DNA of 34,646 nt from a virus (lineage: Duplodnaviria > Caudoviricetes): positions 1-34,646 of IMG/VR virus record IMGVR_UViG_3300033149_004647; one strand, written 5' to 3'. The notes under the pieces are model-generated. The model did not search any database. It was given only the letters and a program-made list of their open reading frames with translations, and was not told the origin of the DNA. Positions 27,992-34,646 of the stretch are shown piece by piece. The translations under genes were made by a program, and so were the position numbers. Positions within the stretch are counted from its first letter, which is position 1; each line of letters opens with the position of its first letter.

Positions 27992-28577
27992 ATTTCAAGT
28001 AAACCCCGCTGGGTCTTATTTGAGCCATTGCCTCTTCTTGGGCAATTGTTCGCTCTTGTGAAGTAGCCATTTCCATCTTCTTTGCTAATTTAGCTTTTAG
28101 ATTGTTTAATTTTTTTAAATTTTTAATAATAACTTTTTTTCCTTTATTTCCTTTCTTTTGTGTGTTCAATAAATGAACCTGTTTTGGTCTATTTTTTGAA
28201 CCGATTCTAGTCTGTTTTCTGAACTGGTTCACTTTTTGAACTACCTTATCCACATCCATATTTAAATTAATCTTATAATAGTTCCCTTTTGGATCTTTCC
28301 TGACAAAGATTGCTTCTGCCTTTCTAAGGTTTTTTAGTGCTTCGCTGACACTTGCTCGTGCCAATCCTGTGCCAAAATCTAATCTTTTTCCCTGTCTGTT
28401 TTTAATTCCTTTTACGAACTGACTAAAGCTGATTCTTTCTTCCTCTGCATGAAACCCGTAAGTCCGCCGTGATATATAAAGCATGCATTTGCTTTCAGCT
28501 TCTGGAAGTCGAGGAATTAATAAGTCAAGAATAATATTTGGCACTTGTGTTGAGTTTGGAATTAATTTTTCATTCAT
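27984..28577 (-). CDS. Phage replication initiator (O-like, N-terminal winged helix)
   Basis: TQVPNIILD..LYISRRTYGF..ISFSQF..TGLARASVSEALKNL; internal iteron-like repeats; start moved to MNEKLIP. Confidence 0.75.
   Translation of the reverse strand: MNEKLIPNSTQVPNIILDLLIPRLPEAESKCMLYISRRTYGFHAEEERISFSQFVKGIKNRQGKRLDFGTGLARASVSEALKNLRKAEAIFVRKDPKGNYYKINLNMDVDKVVQKVNQFRKQTRIGSKNRPKQVHLLNTQKKGNKGKKVIIKNLKKLNNLKAKLAKKMEMATSQERTIAQEEAMAQIRPSGVYLKYD
28163..28242. repeat. Four 17-bp iteron-like repeats (putative origin)
   Basis: tgttcaataaatgaacc, ggtctattttttgaacc, agtctgttttctgaact, ggttcactttttgaact at 28163, 28186, 28209, 28226. Confidence 0.65.
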
Positions 28578-28587
28578 AGTCTTTTTC

Positions 28588-28676
28588 GCCTCTGATCTCT
28601 GCCCCGTCCTACGTCTGCTCACGCCCCTGCGGTGAGCCACAAGGATGGACAGAGGGAGCGGGGCAGAGTCAGAGGC
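28588..28676 (-). promoter_or_regulatory. GC-rich structured leader of the replication initiator
   Basis: gcctctga(t)ctctgccccg/cggggcagagtcagaggc stem enclosing a gctcac/gtgagc hairpin; ends 10 nt before the ATG. Confidence 0.7.
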
Positions 28677-28685
28677 TCAGGGGCT

Positions 28686-29402
28686 TTAACTAATTTCTCT
28701 CATTCTTCGTTTCAGGGTCAAACAGGCAAGGAAAGCTTTTTTGTCTTCATCGTTTCTGTCAGTTGACCTAACTTCGAATATCCCATCTTCTTTCCCGAAT
28801 CTTATGATCATGCGCTCATCAATCTTTTTCTTGGTCTCCTCTTCGTAGGCAATCTGGTAGCCTGCAGTTTGGATGTCATACTCTGGGTAAATTCCGTTTG
28901 AGCTTTTAAAATCAACCAACACCAGCTTGTTTCCAATTTTTCCTACCGCATCGAGAAAACCAGCGAAGTCATGTTTTTTGCTGTAAACTACTCTTTCTGA
29001 TTCTATCCACTTGACTTTGTTCTTTTTCTGAAACTGCAGGAAGGCAGTAATGCCATTTCTTACTTTGTCATCTTCTGGAATTTTTGGATTCTTTCCTTCT
29101 AACCATTGGTTGATCCATTCGTGAATTTTTGTTCCAATATCTGCTGCTGTTTCTTTAATTCTTCTTGGCTCTTTAACTGCCTCTTCGATATCCAGAATGG
29201 TAATCTGTTCTCCATTGTCCAGTTTTTCTATTAAGTAGGTTTTTACTTTGCCTACTGCCCAAGCAATCAGAATGTTGCTCTTATCGATTATTCCCGTTAC
29301 TGAGGTCACTGAATAAATTGGCTTTCCGTCTTCGTTCCAAAATCTGTGTTTTTCATCGTCAAAGCGGATTTTTGTTTTTCCAATTGTGTATTCTTTCAGC
29401 AT
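28686..29402 (-). CDS. PD-(D/E)XK exonuclease (recombination)
   Basis: SVT, GTKIH, ESE, FAGFLD, VDFKS, QTAGY motifs. Confidence 0.85.
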   Translation of the reverse strand: MLKEYTIGKTKIRFDDEKHRFWNEDGKPIYSVTSVTGIIDKSNILIAWAVGKVKTYLIEKLDNGEQITILDIEEAVKEPRRIKETAADIGTKIHEWINQWLEGKNPKIPEDDKVRNGITAFLQFQKKNKVKWIESERVVYSKKHDFAGFLDAVGKIGNKLVLVDFKSSNGIYPEYDIQTAGYQIAYEEETKKKIDERMIIRFGKEDGIFEVRSTDRNDEDKKAFLACLTLKRRMREIS

Positions 29403-29406
29403 GGTT

Positions 29407-30234
29407 TTATTTCTTTACTCCCTTACTCAAGAGAGAAGCTTTCAGGATGCTAATCTGTTTTTTTGTCAGATGTTCCCAATCGGGCTTGATGCCCGTCAGC
29501 TTCTCTACGAATTTTTCTTCTCTACCTGGTTCTGCTCCTATTTCTCTGGCAAGTTGTTTTAACTCTTCTGTCTCTTTATCCCCAGCAAATAAAGTTTTTT
29601 GGCTCTGAGGTTGCTCTTCTTGAATTTCTTCTGCTGAAGTCATCATTGGTAATGTCTTCATTTGCTCTGCTTCTTTATCAGTAATTTCTTTCTGGCGATA
29701 CATTTTTTCAATGTTTGCCATCATCTCCTCGTGGACTGCTACTCCCAGCAATTCCCAACTTGCTCTGTTTCTGGCTCTGGTCTGTGCCATGTGATTCTGA
29801 TAACCCTTTAGCGTTCCCATCTTCATTGTCGCTGGCGAACATTCTCCTACGACCCAGCCAGTCAGTGGTTTGCCTTTGCCGTCTGTTATTCGACATAAGC
29901 AGATGGCTTTATCGGTTTCATCTTGGCTTATTTTTTCCCAATGATATTGGAAATAAACCTGTTTTTTCTCTCTTTCCTTGTATTGCTCTACTTTTTGGGC
30001 CCATCCTAATTTATTAATGTACGGCACTGTTCCCAGGATGTTCACGCCAAAAGGACTAATATTTAACACCTTGGCAGTCAGTAAAATCAACCTTCTCTCC
30101 CGCTCTTCTTGACGATTTTTCGGCTTTTGCATTAATCTTTGCGAACCAGCCCAAACAAGCTTTTCTTTTTCTTTCTTTACCATCGCTTTGACTTGTTTTG
30201 AGTTCCTTCGATTTGTTTTAACTTTCTTGGTCAT
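29407..30234 (-). CDS. Putative single-strand annealing protein
   Basis: PYINKLG, MAQTRARNRA and SAEE motifs; paired with the exonuclease. Confidence 0.55.
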   Translation of the reverse strand: MTKKVKTNRRNSKQVKAMVKKEKEKLVWAGSQRLMQKPKNRQEERERRLILLTAKVLNISPFGVNILGTVPYINKLGWAQKVEQYKEREKKQVYFQYHWEKISQDETDKAICLCRITDGKGKPLTGWVVGECSPATMKMGTLKGYQNHMAQTRARNRASWELLGVAVHEEMMANIEKMYRQKEITDKEAEQMKTLPMMTSAEEIQEEQPQSQKTLFAGDKETEELKQLAREIGAEPGREEKFVEKLTGIKPDWEHLTKKQISILKASLLSKGVKK

Positions 30235-30479
30235 AGCATTTCGAAAGAATTTAGTTTTTCTTGCTCTTTTCTTTCCATTTCTCTCTGTCGGTAATCTTCG
30301 GCTTCTGCTTCTTCCGCTCTTGACTTGTCTATTTCTTTTTGAGACAATGAACTTGAGGGGGAATTGGCTTTTGCCAATTCTCTCTTTTTATCTCTTTGTC
30401 TGATATAAGCTGGAATGTCCCAATAATCGAAATCCTCGCCGCAGACCCTGATAATTTCTTTTTTTTCTTCTTCGGTCAT
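30231..30479 (-). CDS. Early protein with an FtsZ C-terminal-peptide-like motif
   Basis: 82 aa containing DYWDIPAYIRQ. Confidence 0.6.
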   Translation of the reverse strand: MTEEEKKEIIRVCGEDFDYWDIPAYIRQRDKKRELAKANSPSSSLSQKEIDKSRAEEAEAEDYRQREMERKEQEKLNSFEML

Positions 30480-30620
30480 ATTTTTCTGTGGAAGGTTTAT
30501 AGTTGCTATCGCTATTTAGTTTTAGAAGATCTCGCTTCTCGACCTTTAGTTGAGCGGTTAGCCGCTCATCTCTGGGCAAGTATCCAGAATTCTGGAAGTT
30601 GCCCAGAGTCAGAGGCCAAC

Positions 30621-30926
30621 TTATTTCCTTTCTTGATATGCTTTTCGCGCCCATTCAATTGCTTTTTTCTTTTTGGCAAATCCCACTTTCTTTACTAATT
30701 TCCAATCATCTTTTGTCTTTCGGTATCTGTAAATCCCAGCCACATATCTTGGTTCTCCTTTATGGAGGATTTTCTTTGTTGTATAGAAGTATCTATCCGC
30801 TGGTTGCCTGTCTCCATAGTATCTGTAGCTAGCCTGTCTTCTAAAGAGTCCCATCTCTGCTATCTCTGCTGCGAATTTATTAAATATATCTATTGCTCGC
30901 CTCATCGCTCTTTCTTCTTTTGTCAT
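30621..30926 (-). CDS. Hypothetical first early-operon protein
   Basis: 101 aa; motif 29 nt upstream. Confidence 0.65.
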   Translation of the reverse strand: MTKEERAMRRAIDIFNKFAAEIAEMGLFRRQASYRYYGDRQPADRYFYTTKKILHKGEPRYVAGIYRYRKTKDDWKLVKKVGFAKKKKAIEWARKAYQERK

Positions 30927-30970
30927 GTTTTTAGTTTTTCTAATTTTTTGTAATTCGACCTTTTGATATA

Positions 30971-31002
30971 CAAAAACCGCCGTATCACTACGGCGGTTTT
31001 TG
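30971..31002 (-). terminator. Intrinsic terminator (bidirectional shape) in the early leader
   Basis: Perfect 14-bp caaaaaccgccgta-tcac-tacggcggtttttg, including T-tracts on both strands. Confidence 0.8.
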
Positions 31003-31090
31003 TTAAGCCTCTTTACTTTTAGACTATTCTAAAGGTTAGCGCTTCTGCCACTGAGGAGCTAACTTTTGTCCGTCGTAGTGATGTTATTTT

Positions 31091-31118
31091 ATCTTAATTC
31101 CTATGATTAAATTATCAA
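31091..31118 (-). promoter_or_regulatory. Putative promoter for the attenuator leader
   Basis: TTGATA-16 nt-TAAGAT; predicted +1 about 31084-31082, at the start of the antiterminator strand. Confidence 0.4.
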
Positions 31119-31129
31119 TGTCCTTCTTA

Positions 31130-31330
31130 TTATATAGACGAATTGTTTCTCTTTTTATTACGGAGGGGTCTCCTACCCCCTTTCATTTTTTCTACCTCTC
31201 GATAGTAAATTTGTTTTGCTCTGGTTTCACTAATATTAAAAACTCGTGCCAATTTAGCGAATGTCATTTTCGCCTTCATTTGCACGAGTTTTTGGTTTCT
31301 TTCTTTTTTTGTTGGGGTTCCTTTCGCCAT
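31130..31330 (-). CDS. Small HTH regulator (Cro-like role possible)
   Basis: RNQKLV..MTFAKLARVFNISETRAKQIY. Confidence 0.7.
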   Translation of the reverse strand: MAKGTPTKKERNQKLVQMKAKMTFAKLARVFNISETRAKQIYYREVEKMKGGRRPLRNKKRNNSSI

Positions 31331-31349
31331 AATTCCTTTATCTATCTTT

Positions 31350-31377
31350 ATTATAATCGAGCCAGAAACTTTGTCAA
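31350..31377 (-). promoter_or_regulatory. Strong sigma70 consensus promoter (early)
   Basis: TTGACA-16 nt-TATAAT on the - strand, 20 nt upstream of the HTH gene. Confidence 0.75.
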
Positions 31378-31417
31378 GTCCCTTGCCTGTGAATAACTTT
31401 TTTGGATCATGGGGCCC

Positions 31418-32293
31418 TCAGACCCTTGCTAAAATTCTCCGATGGATTTTTTTAGCCCTTCTTTTATTAACCTTCGCATAGTAACGAAGCGTTGTTCTCT
31501 CGCTTTTGTGTCCCATTATATGTTGAGTGCTCTTTATATCTGCCCCTTCTTCTATAAGGACTGTTGCTAATGCTCGACGGAAACTGTGGTGAGTAATTTC
31601 TTCTTTAATTCCTAATTCTCGACGAAGCTTTCTTAAGTAATTTCTGGCTGTCGCTCTTTTCATTGCTCCTGTTCCACCCTGATTTACAAATAGGGCGGGA
31701 CAATTATCTTTCCGTGCTTTTAGGTATTTTTTAAGCCAACTTAAACTTCGATCAGTAAAATAAACTATTCTCTCGTCTCCAGTTTTTCCACTTCTAACTT
31801 TTGCTTCCTTTTTTTTCCAATTGATATCGTCTTTAGTAAGAGAGAGAGCTTCTGAGATTCGCATCCCGCTTGCAAAGAGTATCTCGATTAAGGCTCTGGT
31901 CCTTAATCCGCAGATGTTTTTAAGCGGGATTAATTTAACGAATCTGTTAAATTCTTTAATTCCAATATATGGTTTTTCTTTTTCTGGTACTTTTGGGACT
32001 TCAATATCTCTCCAATCAAACGGAAGTTCTACTCCAGATTGTTGTAAGAATTTTAGGAATCTTCTAAATGTTACTACTGCTCTTTGTGCTCCATATTCGC
32101 CATGTCTTTTTCCTGCTTCTATTATCGCTCCCACATCTGTCAGTTTTAAGTCTTTTATTTCTTTGTCTGCAACCATCTCTGCATGAGACAAAGCCCCATA
32201 CAGAAATCTTTTATGTTCTTTAATTGTGTGCTCTGTATACCCTTTCTGGCGGAGATAATTTGTGTAATCCCTGAACTGATCCTTTAATCTCAT
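31418..32293 (-). CDS. Tyrosine recombinase/integrase
   Basis: RALIEILFASGMRISE, GK, HSFRR, MGH and terminal Y residues; start probably MRLKDQ. Confidence 0.92.
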   Translation of the reverse strand: MRLKDQFRDYTNYLRQKGYTEHTIKEHKRFLYGALSHAEMVADKEIKDLKLTDVGAIIEAGKRHGEYGAQRAVVTFRRFLKFLQQSGVELPFDWRDIEVPKVPEKEKPYIGIKEFNRFVKLIPLKNICGLRTRALIEILFASGMRISEALSLTKDDINWKKKEAKVRSGKTGDERIVYFTDRSLSWLKKYLKARKDNCPALFVNQGGTGAMKRATARNYLRKLRRELGIKEEITHHSFRRALATVLIEEGADIKSTQHIMGHKSERTTLRYYAKVNKRRAKKIHRRILARV

Positions 32294-32417
32294 AAAAACC
32301 CGCCAAGTTTGGGTTGAGTAGGAGGGCAATGAAGAAGTTTTCCTTCCTAACTATCGCTTTACCCAAACCAAGCATTTAGGGTACGATAGCAACTTTTGCC
32401 TTCCACGTTCAAATGAA

Positions 32418-32446
32418 ATATTACTAATAACCAAAAGATTTGTCAA
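32418..32446 (-). promoter_or_regulatory. Integrase promoter
   Basis: TTGACA-17 nt-TAATAT. Confidence 0.6.
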
Positions 32447-32461
32447 ATTTTTCCGTTTTAA

Positions 32462-32495
32462 TAAAAAGCCGAGCAACCTTCAGATTGCTCGGCTT
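32462..32495 (-). terminator. Intrinsic terminator ending the lysis cassette
   Basis: AAGCCGAGCAA/TTGCTCGGCTT stem running into a T-tract (TTTTTATT) on the - strand. Confidence 0.8.
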
Positions 32496-32502
32496 AAATC
32501 GT

Positions 32503-32586
32503 CTACTCTGTTTCTTTTTCATCCTCTTCTTCTGTTCCCTCTTCTTCACCTTCGACTTGGTTTTTAATTTCTTCTAAAACCATCAT
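32503..32586 (-). CDS. Tiny acidic peptide (27 aa; not in ORF track)
   Basis: MMVLEEIKNQVEGEEEGTEEEDEKETE; two AAAGGTCG copies upstream. Confidence 0.45.
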   Translation of the reverse strand: MMVLEEIKNQVEGEEEGTEEEDEKETE

Positions 32587-32654
32587 AGTATAAGCCTTCT
32601 GGTTGCTACCCAGATGACTTAATTTAATTTTTTAATACGACCTTTGTTCGACCT

Positions 32655-32831
32655 TTATTGGTTTCTAGCTTCTATTCCTTTTTGTTTCAACCAGCCTCTT
32701 AATGTTAATATCCCAACAGCTATCAGAAGCAATATGCTTCCCTTAATAGTATCTGTTCTTAACATTCCACCTCCAACCCCAGTAAAGATCGAAGCAATGA
32801 TTAGTAATGATGTTTTGGTTATTTCGCTCAT
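32655..32831 (-). CDS. Holin-like two-TM protein (58 aa; not in ORF track)
   Basis: MSEITKTSLLIIASIFTGVGGG...SILLLIAVGILTLRGWLKQKG; basic C-terminus; follows the peptidase; motif 25 nt upstream. Confidence 0.6.
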   Translation of the reverse strand: MSEITKTSLLIIASIFTGVGGGMLRTDTIKGSILLLIAVGILTLRGWLKQKGIEARNQ

Positions 32832-32883
32832 ATTTTTTTAACTCTTTAATTTTATACGACCTTTTTTTAATTATCTCTTTCCT

Positions 32884-33792
32884 TTATTGAACTCTTACCT
32901 TAATCCAGTTGTATTTTCCTTTTTTTATTGCTTCGCCGATTACTATACATTTTTGCCCTTTTTGTAAAGTAAGTATTTTTTCTCCTGCGGGCGATTTTCT
33001 CAATACAAGATTGACAATAGGATAAACTTCTTGATTTATCAGATATTTATTAGTTCTCAAGTATTCTTGTGCCACATAGCCTTCTTGAGGAGAGGAAATT
33101 AAAAACTGCGAAGGTAAGTCGACCAAAATAGCCCAAGCCTCAAAAGGAAGATAATTTCTCGGCACATAAAACAATCCTTTATCTCCCCATTTCTCTCCCC
33201 AGCTATTCTGTCCAATTATGTAATCCTTGTTATATCCTATCAACGCAACTGCGTGTCCCCATTTCTTTTCTCCTCTTTTTGGGGGTCTAATGTAAGCCGA
33301 TTGCCAACCCTCATTGGATCCAGTAAACCCTGCCAATAATGCTCCGTTAATGTAAATTGCTTTCTTTAATCCTTCAAAAGATAAGTCATCAACTCTGGCA
33401 TAACCACCAATTTTATAGTTTTTAGCCTCTGATTCTGGCTCATTTATAGGTTTGGCTCCTATTTTTTGAAGTATCTTTAACCCTACTCTTAAATAAGTTC
33501 CAGCTCCCGAATAGTTATCTATTTCTTTACACTTTCTGTAAATCCATAATCCGTCAAACACTCTTGATATTCTTTCTCTTAATTCTTTTTCTTGTTTTAG
33601 GAGAGCAGAACTAAATCCAACACAAGATGGCCCTACCTGTCTAAGAATTGTTAAATCAAAAGGAGGCGGATAATCCTCTGAAATCCTTTTTGGGGTTGGA
33701 GAAATTTCCGAAGTCAAAACATCACGCTTATCTAAGGGACTTGGAACGCAACCAGATGGCGGAATATTAAATTGTTTTTTAAATAAACTCAT
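32884..33792 (-). CDS. Papain-family (C1) cysteine peptidase with SH3b-like C-terminus, putative endolysin
   Basis: QVGPSCVGFS, WGHAV, QNSWGEKWGDKG triad motifs; NLVLRKSP..KILTL..GKYNWIKV tail. Confidence 0.8.
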   Translation of the reverse strand: MSLFKKQFNIPPSGCVPSPLDKRDVLTSEISPTPKRISEDYPPPFDLTILRQVGPSCVGFSSALLKQEKELRERISRVFDGLWIYRKCKEIDNYSGAGTYLRVGLKILQKIGAKPINEPESEAKNYKIGGYARVDDLSFEGLKKAIYINGALLAGFTGSNEGWQSAYIRPPKRGEKKWGHAVALIGYNKDYIIGQNSWGEKWGDKGLFYVPRNYLPFEAWAILVDLPSQFLISSPQEGYVAQEYLRTNKYLINQEVYPIVNLVLRKSPAGEKILTLQKGQKCIVIGEAIKKGKYNWIKVRVQ

Positions 33793-33917
33793 TTTGCTTT
33801 ATTTTTTATTTTTTTCCAAATTCCATTCTTTTTCCCTCTTGGTTTAAAGGAGGGTTTTATCTTTTTTTTTAATTGTTTTAATATTTTTTCTATTTTTTTG
33901 TTTGATTCTTTTGTCAT
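33789..33917 (-). CDS. Small basic protein
   Basis: MTKESNKKIEKIL... 42 aa; the longer track ORF (to 34088) crosses a 12-bp RNA stem. Confidence 0.4.
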   Translation of the reverse strand: MTKESNKKIEKILKQLKKKIKPSFKPRGKKNGIWKKIKNKAK

Positions 33918-34062
33918 GGTAAATAAGGAGGAAAGGGAGTATGGAGTCTCTTTATTAGTTAGGGCTTTCGTCTCACTCGTCCGTAGACCCAGGGACTCCC
34001 TTTCCTTTAGGGACAAACTACCAGACAAGCCAAATATTCTTTCTACCTTTTTCGATTTATAA

Positions 34063-34281
34063 TTACCAGCCTGGATAAGAAGGTTCATTCATTATCTTCT
34101 TCCTACAATAAGGACAGCACTCTACAAAAATTCTCAATTCTATTTCATCTCCAAAATTTACTCCTTCCAGCAATTTTTCAAAAAAACTTTTTGTAGAATA
34201 ATGTACCATTATCCATTCTTCTCTTAACTTTTGAACTCTTCCGCATTTACATACCCTCAGGAAGGTTATCCTCGTCTTCAT
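34063..34281 (-). CDS. Hypothetical Cys-rich small protein
   Basis: 72 aa, CKCG...CCPYC. Confidence 0.5.
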   Translation of the reverse strand: MKTRITFLRVCKCGRVQKLREEWIMVHYSTKSFFEKLLEGVNFGDEIELRIFVECCPYCRKKIMNEPSYPGW

Positions 34282-34549
34282 CTTCTTCCTCCTTTATTTG
34301 ACGGAGTTTTTCTTCTGTTTCTTGAATTTCGGCTAATCTGATTGCTTTTAATTGGGCTACAGCAAGCCCCAAGTTTCCTAAAACTGCAGCATTAACCTGT
34401 AATCTCTGAAGGATTACTTTTAAAAGAATACAATCTTTAATCTCGTGTATTTCAAGGCAATCTTTCAAGAAACAGCAAAGAGCTTTTGTCTCAATTTGAA
34501 GCATTTGTTCCATTTTGGCTATTATCTCTTCTGGCGTGATTTCTTCCAT
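34247..34549 (-). CDS. Hypothetical protein
   Basis: 100 aa; canonical AGGAGG 8 nt upstream. Confidence 0.6.
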   Translation of the reverse strand: MEEITPEEIIAKMEQMLQIETKALCCFLKDCLEIHEIKDCILLKVILQRLQVNAAVLGNLGLAVAQLKAIRLAEIQETEEKLRQIKEEEDEDEDNLPEGM

Positions 34550-34646
34550 TTTCTTTTCCTCCTTCTTCTCTTTACCATCAGCAGGTTTTTACAGCCCTGA
34601 TGATGGTTTTGTTTCCAGCAATAGTTTTTTACCTTCTTAAAAGGAA

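Larger units (their letters stand above)
1..34646 (-). mobile_element. Temperate podovirus-like phage genome (partial)
   Basis: Integrase, replication, terminase, portal, capsid, adaptor, nozzle and fibre genes; no tape-measure or sheath gene; no host housekeeping flank seen. Confidence 0.92.

Noticed and set aside
381-32841. All + strand ORFs in the track
   Set aside because: They are Phe/Leu/Ser-rich antisense shadows of A-rich - strand genes and show no recognisable motifs
33960-33992. Hammerhead-like CGGACGA..GAAA on the - strand
   Set aside because: The core deviates from CUGANGA, and stems I and II cannot be built convincingly
1-34646. CRISPR array, tRNA genes, terminal direct repeats, alternative genetic code
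   Set aside because: No regularly spaced repeats, no cloverleaf with T and D loops, the window ends do not match, and genes read intact in code 11

Overview
The window is most of a temperate, podovirus-like dsDNA phage genome. It is AT-rich and every credible gene lies on the - strand; the + strand ORFs look like antisense shadows. Order in the direction of transcription (right to left): small ORFs; a papain-like (C1) peptidase with an SH3b-like tail plus a holin-like protein; a terminator; a tyrosine integrase; a small HTH regulator; an attenuator-like leader; early genes (FtsZ-tail-like peptide, SSAP-like protein, PD-(D/E)XK exonuclease, replication initiator with iterons, Zn-ribbon/sigma70-region-4 protein, KhpA-like KH protein, lytic transglycosylase, resolvase); a ParB-like/DNA methyltransferase fusion; TerS; TerL; a Com-like zinc finger; portal; scaffold; major capsid; tail and adaptor genes; and a giant (at least 1,995 aa) ORF missing from the ORF track that runs off the left edge. 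The host is plausibly Patescibacteria/CPR (inference from the KH protein style and the near absence of Shine-Dalgarno sites). The most notable observations are: (1) 12 same-orientation copies of AAAGGTCG that sit 25-34 nt upstream of start codons, or at that distance once an intervening hairpin is looped out, suggesting a non-canonical translation-initiation signal; (2) the giant putative virion protein with a DnaJ J-domain and 3-4 tandem ADP-ribosyltransferase-like modules separated by DNA-level linker repeats; (3) a terminator/antiterminator RNA switch ahead of the early operon with no CI-like repressor in view; (4) an FtsZ C-terminal-peptide mimic; (5) a Com-like protein next to a long RNA hairpin in the portal leader. 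All calls come from motif recognition by eye; no database searches were run.
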